Position numbers and translations under genes: made by a program
Assembly: GCA_013694625.1 (NCBI GenBank)
Contig: JACDCD010000124.1
Span: 7,539-71,538, forward strand
Direction: 5' to 3'
Source of the DNA: Actinomycetota bacterium
GTDB lineage: Bacteria; Actinomycetota; CADDZG01; WHSQ01
DNA length: 64,000 bases
Shown here: one piece after another, positions 18,918 to 26,673 of the stretch
Position numbering within the stretch: the stretch's first letter is position 1
Layout: each line of letters starts with the position of its first letter
The notes under the pieces: model-generated
The model's database searches: none
What the model was told of the DNA's origin: nothing
What the model saw: only the letters and a program-made list of their open reading frames with translations

Positions 18918-19313
18918 ATGACCGACGTGGATTACAAGGTAAACCCATCCCTCCGACCTGAGGATCTAGCCTCCCTGATGAAGGAGTCGTGGGGCGAGGA
19001 GACGAAACACGATTATGAAGCTGTCCTGAATCGGAGCTACGCCTTTGTGTGTGCGTACTTTCCCGAGGACAGGCTTGTCGGGTTCGTTAACCTGCTGTGG
19101 GACGGAGGGGCTCACGTTTTCCTCGTAGACACCACGGTCCACCCCGACGTGCAGCGGCGTGGAATCGGCCAGACTCTTGTCAAGACCGCGATCTCGATAG
19201 CTAATCAGTCTGGGGCAGAGTGGGTGCACGTTGACTACGAACGTTATCTCGGCGACTTCTATACGGGGTGTGGATTCCATTCCACGCCCGCTGGTTTGAT
19301 CCGACTTCGGTAA
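18918..19313 (+). CDS. GNAT-family N-acetyltransferase
   Basis: Acetyl-CoA motif VQRRGIGQTLV. ATG 18918 is preceded by GAGAGAGAAG. Confidence 0.8.
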   Translation: MTDVDYKVNPSLRPEDLASLMKESWGEETKHDYEAVLNRSYAFVCAYFPEDRLVGFVNLLWDGGAHVFLVDTTVHPDVQRRGIGQTLVKTAISIANQSGAEWVHVDYERYLGDFYTGCGFHSTPAGLIRLR

Positions 19314-19388
19314 AAGTCTCTAGCGCCTGTCTAGATGACCAAACCGAATCCACTACCGTAGCGGACCCCCCTGTTGCCCCATGTCAAG

Positions 19389-20701
19389 AGGTCCTCTTGA
19401 GCTCAGTTCGTTGCCTCACCGGAATTGTCCTCTTCCGGCGGCGGTCCCCGAGCGCGCTTCAGGAGCGGCGCCGGCTGCGGGAAGTGCCCGCCTAATAACC
19501 TCTTCTGCAATGACCCGTGGTCCGGGTGAGCACGACCGGATTGGTGTGCCAGTACGCGGCCAAGAGGGTCTCGATGACTGGTTCACTGAAGCCAGGACCC
19601 GCCGCCTGACGCTGCAAGGGGGTCTGGGCCTTGTCGTATCGCCGAGAGACCCGGGCTCCCGTTGCGGGTCTTGGAGACGAGCTTTGTTGCGGGCAAAAGA
19701 AGTTCACCCACAGTCGCAAAGACCCATAGAGCTCGTTGAGGGAGTCGACCGCGGCTTTGCCCTCGAAGCGTCCGTAGCCAACCGGCTGCCGGACGACGGT
19801 CCAGTTCTTCTGCTCGACAAAACAGTTGTCGTTCTTGCGATAGGGGCGGGTGCGTGTGAACGTGATCTCGTTTTCCCTGCAATAGCGGAAGAGGTGATCA
19901 TTGATGAACTCGGAGCCGTTGTCAGAGTCAATGCCCAGCAGCGGAAACGGCAGGACACGCTCAATGTCGAGCAACGCCACGAACACCCATCGCTGAGCCT
20001 TGTTTTTGACTGCCCGCATCTCTGTCCAGCCGGTGGAGACATCGGTGAGGGTGAGCGTGTGGCAGAACTCACCCATGGGGTTTCCGCCATCGTGAGCGAC
20101 GAGATCGATCTCGCAGAACCCGGGACCGGACTCATCCCACTGGGCGAAGGTCCGTATCGGGATCTGGGCCTTTAGCAGGCTCCCCGGCTTGGTCCCGGTC
20201 CGGCCCTTGACCTGCAGCCGCTTTCGGTCAGCAGCCAGCGCACGGTCGATGGTCGCCGGCGAGATGGCGAGTAACCTGGCGCGCACATCGGTGGCCAGGC
20301 TCAGCTCGCCGTGACGCCCGAGAGCGGTGACGATCTCGACCATGAACGGCGCCGGGCGCTTGCCGCAGGGCCCTCCCATGACGATCCATACCCTGCGCAA
20401 CGCATTTACCACTTCGGCGTCGTAGACGACCGGTCTGATCGGGGGCGGAGCCTGACGTCCTTGTTGGGCGACCGCGATGGCCCTTCGAGCGTGACGCCGG
20501 GTCCACCCAGTGAGAGCGCAGAGCTCGTCCAGGATCGCCCCCTTCTCCACCTTGGTCGCTCGGGCGTACCGGCCCGCTATCGCCCTCGTCACCGCCTTGC
20601 GCACAGACATCGACAGCCCCATCGCCGGGTTCCCTTCGCCGCATCAACGTTGTGCGAAGCGGACATTCCCCGGTGAGGCAAGCAAGGCATTTGGAGGACC
20701 T
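19389..20701 (-). mobile_element. Insertion sequence (~1.3 kb) with one DDE transposase gene and imperfect terminal inverted repeats
   Basis: Left end: AGGTCCTC-N14-TTGCCTCACCGGAATTGTCCTCTTC (19389-19435). Reverse complement of right end: AGGTCCTC-N12-TTGCCTCACCGGGGAATGTCCGCTTC (20701-20657). No obvious target-site duplication seen. Confidence 0.7.
19492..20622 (-). CDS. DDE-type (rve/integrase-core) transposase with N-terminal HTH
   Basis: 376 aa. D (EIDLVAHDGG), D (GIDSDNGSEF), E (NDNCFVEQKNW) triad. IS family not assignable by eye. Confidence 0.85.
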   Translation of the reverse strand: MGLSMSVRKAVTRAIAGRYARATKVEKGAILDELCALTGWTRRHARRAIAVAQQGRQAPPPIRPVVYDAEVVNALRRVWIVMGGPCGKRPAPFMVEIVTALGRHGELSLATDVRARLLAISPATIDRALAADRKRLQVKGRTGTKPGSLLKAQIPIRTFAQWDESGPGFCEIDLVAHDGGNPMGEFCHTLTLTDVSTGWTEMRAVKNKAQRWVFVALLDIERVLPFPLLGIDSDNGSEFINDHLFRYCRENEITFTRTRPYRKNDNCFVEQKNWTVVRQPVGYGRFEGKAAVDSLNELYGSLRLWVNFFCPQQSSSPRPATGARVSRRYDKAQTPLQRQAAGPGFSEPVIETLLAAYWHTNPVVLTRTTGHCRRGY

Positions 20702-20723
20702 TACGGGTGAGTCAAGTCGCCCC

Positions 20724-20752
20724 TTGACTATCGAACACATGTTCGATATAGT
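20724..20752 (+). promoter_or_regulatory. Sigma-70-type promoter TTGACT-N17-TATAGT of the DUF222-HNH gene
   Basis: TTGACT at 20724-20729 and TATAGT at 20747-20752. GGAGGG RBS before ATG 20789. Confidence 0.65.
20731..20746. promoter_or_regulatory. LexA SOS box TCGAACACATGTTCGA
   Basis: Perfect match to the actinobacterial SOS box TCGAAC-N4-GTTCGA. It fills the -35/-10 spacer exactly. Confidence 0.75.
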
Positions 20753-20788
20753 TCTTGATGGGCCGCGAACCCGGGCCGCCGGAGGGAC

Positions 20789-21955
20789 ATGAAATCGTCC
20801 GGCAGCACCGACAACCGAGAGGTCATCGCCGAGCTCAGCTCGGCCCACGCCGAGGTCACCTCCGCCCAGAGACGTCTGCTCGAGGTCGTGGCCCGGTGCG
20901 ACCGGGACCAGACCTGGCGCTCGGACGGCTCCAGGGACCTCGCCGAGTGGCTCTCGGCCCGCCTGGGGATCTCGAACTGGGCGGCGCGGCGCTGGATCTG
21001 CGCCGCCCACGCCCTCACCTGCCTGCCCCGGTTGCGGGACGCGTTCGAGTCCGGGGCTCTGGGTCAAGACAAGGTCGTGGAGCTTTGCCGCTTCGCCACC
21101 CCCGAGACCGAGGCGCGGCTGATCAGGTGGGCACGCCGGGTGACCGTGACGGGCGTAAGGCACCGGGCCGACCTCGCCACCCGGTTGGACCCCGCCGAGG
21201 TCACAGAGGCCGACCGCAGCCGTTACCTCCATTACTGGTGGTTCGACGACGGCAGGCGGCTCGGTCTCGAGGGATCGCTCCCCGCCGCCGACGGGGCGGC
21301 GGTGGCAAAGGCGCTCGACCGCCTCGCCGATCGCATGCCCGACATCATCGACGACGACACCATCGCTGACCCGGGGGCTGTGCCCGAGGAATCCTTGGAC
21401 GCCCGCCGCGCCGATGCGTTGGTGGCGCTGGCGTCGGGCCACATCGCCGGGGACGCAGACCCCGACCGGGCCACAGTCGTGGTCCAGGCCGAGCTCGGCG
21501 CGCTGGTCGGCGGCGAGGGCGGCTGCGCCATCGAGGGTGGCCCGGTGATCCACCCCGACGGCGCCCGCAGGCTGCTGTGTGACGGCCGTCTCCAGACCGT
21601 GGTCTCAGACCACACCGGGCAGGCGGTCGGGATCGGGCGGGTGGCGCGCACCGCGCCGCCGTGGATCCTGCGCCAGCTGCGCTGGCGGGACCGGGGCTGC
21701 ACCTTTCCGGGATGCGAGCTGAGGCGCTGGCTCCACGCTCATCACATCCGGCACTGGATCGAGGGCGGGCCGACCGATCTCGACAACCTCGTGCTGGTGT
21801 GTAGCCGCCACCACAAGCTGGTCCACGAATATGGGTGGAGGGTCAGGTTGGGGGCCGGTGGGATCGCCGATTGGTCCCGGCCCGACGGGCGCCGGTTCAG
21901 GCCGGATCTGACTCCCGGGCGGGCGCCGCCCGGGGAGCTTGCATCCACAGCGTGA
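20789..21955 (+). CDS. DUF222 (13E12-repeat-type) HNH endonuclease
   Basis: 388 aa. N-terminal DUF222-like region (AQRRLLEVVARCDRDQTWRSDGSRDLAEWL). C-terminal HNH (CTFPGCE...HAHHIRHW...NLVLVCSRHHKLVHE). Confidence 0.85.
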   Translation: MKSSGSTDNREVIAELSSAHAEVTSAQRRLLEVVARCDRDQTWRSDGSRDLAEWLSARLGISNWAARRWICAAHALTCLPRLRDAFESGALGQDKVVELCRFATPETEARLIRWARRVTVTGVRHRADLATRLDPAEVTEADRSRYLHYWWFDDGRRLGLEGSLPAADGAAVAKALDRLADRMPDIIDDDTIADPGAVPEESLDARRADALVALASGHIAGDADPDRATVVVQAELGALVGGEGGCAIEGGPVIHPDGARRLLCDGRLQTVVSDHTGQAVGIGRVARTAPPWILRQLRWRDRGCTFPGCELRRWLHAHHIRHWIEGGPTDLDNLVLVCSRHHKLVHEYGWRVRLGAGGIADWSRPDGRRFRPDLTPGRAPPGELASTA

Positions 21956-22073
21956 CATACACCGGGGCGGCGCGACCGATTGGCTCCACTCCATCACGCC
22001 GAGTCCTGCCCCAGAGCGACCTCTTCTCTACCCGACTCCTCGACCTCGACTGTGAGCCGATCAGCTACGTCCG

Positions 22074-23192
22074 CTACTCGGAGAGCGTCTCCCTGATGAC
22101 GGCCTCGACAACGCCCTCGAGCCGTCCCGTCCGCCTGAAGGAGCGCCGCTGCCGGTCCGCACCCGTCCCACCCCGTAAGGTCGCCCGCACGAGATCGGCG
22201 ACCTCGTCCCAATCGCCGTTTGCTTCGAGGTAGGGGCGCAGACGAGCCAGGTGATCTTCGATCACCTGCGCGGCCGGCCCGGCGGTGGCTTCCTGAAGGT
22301 CGATCAGCGTGTCGCTGAGACCGAAACGCGCGGCGCGCCACTTGGCGGCGCGAGCTAACTCCAGGCGCGGCAGGTTCGGCGGCGCACCGCTGAGGACCTG
22401 AGCGTGGCAGATCTGGGCGCTCGCCCGGATGAGGCCCGTGACCATCACGGCCTCGTCTATCGAGCTGCATACATCGGTCACGCGGAATTCGAGCGTGTCC
22501 CAGCGCGCCGACGGGCGCACGTCCCAGTAGATCTCGGCTTCGTCCTTGATGCTGCCCGTGGCGACCAGGCTCCCCACAAGCCTCTCGTATTCGGCGCGCG
22601 ACCCAAAGCCCTCCGGGAGCCCGCCGGTCGGCCAACGGTCACACATATCCGTCCGGTAACTTGCAAAACCGGTGTCCCGCCCCAACCAGAAGGGCGAATT
22701 GGCTGCAAGGGCGATCAGGGGAGGAAGCCATACGGCAGTTCGCTCCATCGTTTGCAGGGCCGCCTCGGAGTCCTCGATACCGACGTGAACATGGAAACCG
22801 AAGACGATGTGTTCGCGGACGAGCTGCGCATAGTCGCGCTCCATGGCGAGATACCGGTCGGTGGGCGTGACGGTCTGGTCGAGCCAATGCGAGAAGGGGT
22901 GCGTCCCGGCCGCTGCGATCTGAACGCCCACAGCCTCCGCCGCAACCCTCAACTCCTTCCTCGACTGCACGAGCTCGGCGCGCACTTCCTCCAAAGTGTT
23001 GCAAACCACGGTGCTGATCTCGACCTGGGAGAGGTTGAGCTCGGGGTGAGCCCCCCCGCCCGAGACGTCTGCGCTTGACAGGACCGGTTCGGCTCGTTGC
23101 GTCAATCCGAAGGTATGGGGATCGACTATCTGATACTCCTCCTCGACGCCCAGGGTGAAGTCACGAGTCCGGGATCGCTCAGGGGGCCCCAC
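22074..23192 (-). CDS. YbdK/GCS2-family carboxylate-amine ligase (paralog 2)
   Basis: The track ORF extends spuriously to 24041. The homologous region starts at GTG 23192, whose G is shared with the TAG stop of paralog 1. TLGVEEEYQIVDP... is collinear with paralog 1. Confidence 0.8.
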   Translation of the reverse strand: MGPPERSRTRDFTLGVEEEYQIVDPHTFGLTQRAEPVLSSADVSGGGAHPELNLSQVEISTVVCNTLEEVRAELVQSRKELRVAAEAVGVQIAAAGTHPFSHWLDQTVTPTDRYLAMERDYAQLVREHIVFGFHVHVGIEDSEAALQTMERTAVWLPPLIALAANSPFWLGRDTGFASYRTDMCDRWPTGGLPEGFGSRAEYERLVGSLVATGSIKDEAEIYWDVRPSARWDTLEFRVTDVCSSIDEAVMVTGLIRASAQICHAQVLSGAPPNLPRLELARAAKWRAARFGLSDTLIDLQEATAGPAAQVIEDHLARLRPYLEANGDWDEVADLVRATLRGGTGADRQRRSFRRTGRLEGVVEAVIRETLSE

Positions 23193-24319
23193 TAGCCCGC
23201 GCCGGTTTCGGCGACGATAAGGTCGACGACGTCCTCCAGACGCCGGCCTCGCCCGAACGCCTCCCGCTGGCGCGCCGCCCCGGTGCCGCGCTCGATGGCC
23301 TGGTGCACGAGCACGGAGGTCTCCGCCCAGTCCCCGTTGTCTTCGAGGGAGGGTCGAAGAAAGTTGAGCCAATCGTCGATGACCTGGAGGGCGGGTCGTG
23401 ACCTCCGCTCGTTCACATCGACGAGCGTAGCGTCGAGTCCGTAACGCGCTGCGCGCCACTTTGCTGCTTGCAGCAATTCCGGACGAACCACAGGGATGGC
23501 TTCGTCGCGTATGGCTTGCTCGTAACACCTGCGAGTCAAGGCGCGAGCGAGCCCTGCCAACATCACCGCTTCGTCTACGGTCATGCAGACGTCGGTAACC
23601 CGGTACTCGAGGGTGTTGAAGCGTGACGAAGGGCGCACGTCCCAGTAGATGCGAGTTTCCTCGGCGATGGCCTCTGTTGTGACCAGAAGCTCGATCACCT
23701 CTTCGTATTCCGAGCGCGATCCGAACACCTCCGGGGAGCCGGCCATAGGCCATCGCCCCCACACGTCGGTGCGGTAGCTCGAATAGCCGGTGTCCCGCCC
23801 CATCCAGAAGGGCGACGATCCGCCGAGTGCCAGCATCGGAGAGAGCCAGCCCCTCACCCGGTTCATGGTTTGCACGGCAGCCTCGCGGTCGTCGATGCCG
23901 ACGTGCACGTGGTAGCCGAAGACGATCTGTTCTTTCGCCAATTGCCCGTAGTCTTCGGCCATGCCGAGATATCGCTCCTTGGGGGTGATGGTTCCATCGG
24001 CAGGGTCGGCCAGCGGGTGCGAACCTGCCGCTCCGATCCACATGCCCTCTTCGGCCGCAGCCGTGCTGACCGCACGCCTCGAGCGCACAAGCTCGGCGCG
24101 CACCTGCGTCAGGTCATCGCAGACGGGCGTGCCGATCTCGATCTGGGAAAGTTGAAGCTCGGCCTCGACGTTAACCGGCGAGCTCTCGGCCCGGGACAGG
24201 ATCGCCTCGGCCCGCTGCATGAGGGAGCGGGTGCCTGGATCGATGATCTGATATTCCTCTTCGACCCCCACGGTGAAGGTCTGCTGCACGGACGTCGCGG
24301 GCCTCCCTTGGCGTGACAT
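23192..24319 (-). CDS. YbdK/GCS2-family carboxylate-amine ligase (paralog 1)
   Basis: 375 aa. FTVGVEEEYQIIDP, HVHVGIDD and SPFWMGRDTGYSSYR are typical of glutamate-cysteine-ligase family 2. Confidence 0.85.
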   Translation of the reverse strand: MSRQGRPATSVQQTFTVGVEEEYQIIDPGTRSLMQRAEAILSRAESSPVNVEAELQLSQIEIGTPVCDDLTQVRAELVRSRRAVSTAAAEEGMWIGAAGSHPLADPADGTITPKERYLGMAEDYGQLAKEQIVFGYHVHVGIDDREAAVQTMNRVRGWLSPMLALGGSSPFWMGRDTGYSSYRTDVWGRWPMAGSPEVFGSRSEYEEVIELLVTTEAIAEETRIYWDVRPSSRFNTLEYRVTDVCMTVDEAVMLAGLARALTRRCYEQAIRDEAIPVVRPELLQAAKWRAARYGLDATLVDVNERRSRPALQVIDDWLNFLRPSLEDNGDWAETSVLVHQAIERGTGAARQREAFGRGRRLEDVVDLIVAETGAG

Positions 24320-24418
24320 CGAACGGGCACGGGGGTGGGAGCCCGGCGGGTCGGCGCTGAAAGGGTGACCCCGGAGTCGATGATTGTACGCCCAGGCCCT
24401 CGCGGCGACGGTGCGCGC

Positions 24419-24715
24419 TCAGGCGATGAGGCCCACCGCCCAGCGCAGGACCGTTATGGCGCCGATAATCACGAACAGGGCTCCGAAGAGAACAAGTGGC
24501 CCCACCCACCAATCGGTGCCGCGTTCTATTGGGTTGGTGGCTGCGTCGCCGTGGCGCACCACGAGCTGCGGACCCCCAGGCTGACGAAAGTGCAGGTGCG
24601 CCCGCTTGCCCTCCACCAGGTCCGCAAGGCCCTGGAGAAGGTCGAGGAGCTCGGCGTCATCGACGATCAGCGTCGTCTCCTCCAATGGCTCTCCGCTGCG
24701 ATCCTCGACCCTCAT
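24419..24715 (-). CDS. Hypothetical small protein with C-terminal transmembrane anchor
   Basis: 98 aa. The ATG overlaps the lrp stop (ATGA), arguing for translation. C-terminus WWVGPLVLFGALFVIIGAITVL is hydrophobic. Confidence 0.55.
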   Translation of the reverse strand: MRVEDRSGEPLEETTLIVDDAELLDLLQGLADLVEGKRAHLHFRQPGGPQLVVRHGDAATNPIERGTDWWVGPLVLFGALFVIIGAITVLRWAVGLIA

Positions 24716-25155
24716 GACGTGGGGACCACGGCTCTGTGCTCGAAGGGGACAGACAATACGACGGTCGAGCTTGTCACGACCTCGAGCTTGCCTCTGAGGG
24801 CATCCAGCAACTCCTCGAGTGCACGGGTGCTGGGCGCTCGGACGACGAGCACGTAGGAGCGCTCACCGGCGACCGAGTAGCACGATTCGACCATCGGCAA
24901 CTCTGCGACCCGGCCCGGAATGTCGGTGGGGGAGGAGGCCCTGAGGGCCAGGCTCACGAAGGCGGTGATCGGCCAGCCCACCCGATCCAGCTGAACCTCC
25001 GCCCGGTACCCGCGAATGACGCCCGCCCGTTCGAGCTTTCGCACCCGGTCGTGAACCGACGACGCGGCAAGCCCGACCGCTGCGCCAACATCCGCGTAGG
25101 TGAGGCGGGCATCTCGCTGAAGGTGTCCGATGATTCTCCGATCGATCGCATCCAT
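24712..25155 (-). CDS. lrp: Lrp/AsnC-family transcriptional regulator
   Basis: 147 aa. MDAIDRRIIGHLQRDARLTYADVGAAVGLAASSVHDRVRKLERAGVI HTH plus a RAM/ligand domain. Confidence 0.9.
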   Translation of the reverse strand: MDAIDRRIIGHLQRDARLTYADVGAAVGLAASSVHDRVRKLERAGVIRGYRAEVQLDRVGWPITAFVSLALRASSPTDIPGRVAELPMVESCYSVAGERSYVLVVRAPSTRALEELLDALRGKLEVVTSSTVVLSVPFEHRAVVPTS

Positions 25156-25189
25156 TCCGAATATCCTTCCGTAAAAGTGGCTTTAAGCC

Positions 25190-25205
25190 TAATCGAATTC
25201 GGTTA
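25190..25205. promoter_or_regulatory. Near-palindrome TAATCGAATTCGGTTA in the lrp/kamA divergent region (candidate operator)
   Basis: 14 of 16 positions are self-complementary. It overlaps a TAGACT -10-like hexamer (25204-25209) about 40 nt upstream of the kamA ATG. Confidence 0.35.
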
Positions 25206-25250
25206 GACTCTTTGTCCCACCCGCAGCTCCTACCAGAAGGAGGATGCCCC

Positions 25251-26666
25251 ATGGCCATCGATGCCGTCGCCGCTATCGACCAGGTCGCAACGGGCCGGCC
25301 GGCGCGCCGGGTGCCCCAGGCGCATGCCTCCGAACAGCCTTACACATACCCCTTGCAGCGCCCCTTCGTCGAGCCGGACTGGACGCGGCTGCCCGGCTAT
25401 CGGGATGTCACAGAGTCCGAGTGGAACAGCGCGAAGTGGCAGCGCCAGCACAGCGTCAAGAACCTCGACGGCCTTCGGAGGGCCCTCGGCGAGCTTCTCC
25501 TCGAGGATCTGGCCGCATCGATCGATCGGGACCAGCGCGAACGGGCCACCATGTCAATGCTGGTGCCGCCCCAGATGCTCAACACCATGGAAGAGCAGGA
25601 TCTATGGAACGACCCGATCCGGCGCTACATGATCCCTGCCTTTGCGGATCGCGACCCGGAGTGGCCCAGCCATCCCACGGCGGAACGCGACAGCCTCCAT
25701 GAGGCCGACATGTGGGCGGCTGAGGGCCTCACACACCGCTATCCCACCAAGGTACTCGCCGAGCTTCTGTCCACGTGCCCGCAGTACTGCGGGCACTGCA
25801 CGCGCATGGACCTCGTCGGCAACAACGTCCCGCAGTTCATCAAGTATCGCTTCGAGCTCAAGCAGAAGGAGCGCTACGAAGCGATCGTCGACTACCTGCG
25901 CGCTACCCCAACGGTGCGCGATGTCGTGGTTTCGGGTGGTGACGTGGCCAACCTTCCCATCGGCCACCTCGAGTCATTTGTTGGTTCGCTCATCGAAATG
26001 GACCACATCCGCGATATCAGGCTTGCGACCAAGGGTCTCATGGGGCTGCCGCAACACTTTCTGCAGGATGACGTCCTGTACGGCATCGAGCGTCTCGCCC
26101 ATAAAGCGATCGAGCACGGTACCGACCTGGCGATCCACACTCACGTCAACCACGCCAACTCCGTCACTCCTCTTGTCGCCAAGGCCACAAAGAAGCTTCT
26201 TGAAACCGGCGTACGGGACGTACGCAACCAGGGCGTCCTGCTTCGGGGCGTCAACACGACCCCGCACGCCCTTCTGGATCTCTGCTTCCGTCTACTCGAC
26301 GACGCCAAAGTGATGCCCTACTACTTCTACATGTGCGACTTGATCCCCAATTCCGAGCACTGGAGGATCCCGGTCCACGAGGCGCAGGCTTTGCAGCACG
26401 CGATCATGGGTTACCTTCCCGGGTTCGCCACTCCGCGCATTGTGTGCGACGTTCCGTTCGTAGGCAAGCGCTGGGTCCATCAGGTCGATTCGTACGATCG
26501 GTCCAAGGGAATCTCCTATTGGACCAAGAACTATCGGACGGGCATCGAGTGGGACGACCCGGAGGCAACCACCCGCACCCACGAATACTACGATCCGATC
26601 TCCGGTCTTCCCGAAGAGGGCAAAGCGTACTGGCGCGGGCGGGTCGCCGGGCTTGCGACCGCTTGA
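25251..26666 (+). CDS. kamA: Lysine 2,3-aminomutase-family radical-SAM enzyme (KamA-like)
   Basis: Radical-SAM CxxxCxxC as CPQYCGHCTRMD. 471 aa from ATG 25251, which is preceded by AGGAGGA. Collinear with the KamA/AblA architecture. Confidence 0.85.
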   Translation: MAIDAVAAIDQVATGRPARRVPQAHASEQPYTYPLQRPFVEPDWTRLPGYRDVTESEWNSAKWQRQHSVKNLDGLRRALGELLLEDLAASIDRDQRERATMSMLVPPQMLNTMEEQDLWNDPIRRYMIPAFADRDPEWPSHPTAERDSLHEADMWAAEGLTHRYPTKVLAELLSTCPQYCGHCTRMDLVGNNVPQFIKYRFELKQKERYEAIVDYLRATPTVRDVVVSGGDVANLPIGHLESFVGSLIEMDHIRDIRLATKGLMGLPQHFLQDDVLYGIERLAHKAIEHGTDLAIHTHVNHANSVTPLVAKATKKLLETGVRDVRNQGVLLRGVNTTPHALLDLCFRLLDDAKVMPYYFYMCDLIPNSEHWRIPVHEAQALQHAIMGYLPGFATPRIVCDVPFVGKRWVHQVDSYDRSKGISYWTKNYRTGIEWDDPEATTRTHEYYDPISGLPEEGKAYWRGRVAGLATA

Positions 26667-26673
26667 CCCCGGG

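Noticed and set aside
19383-19400. Hairpins GTCAAG...CTTGA(C) at 19383-19400 and 20711-20728, first considered as the IS termini.
   Set aside because: The right-hand CTTGAC is the -35 box (TTGACT) of the SOS promoter. A much longer and better inverted repeat (19389-19435 versus 20657-20701) defines the IS ends instead.
23193-24041. The track ORF 22074-24041 suggests a 655-aa protein spanning into the neighbouring ligase gene.
   Set aside because: The extension is in a different frame across paralog 1 and is Arg-rich nonsense. Homology begins at GTG 23192, so two separate ~372/375-aa genes are called. The same logic trims 39117-40946 (gcvPB), 52863-53963 (rluB), 53585-54337 (scpB), 2046 (trmI) and 36624 (proS).
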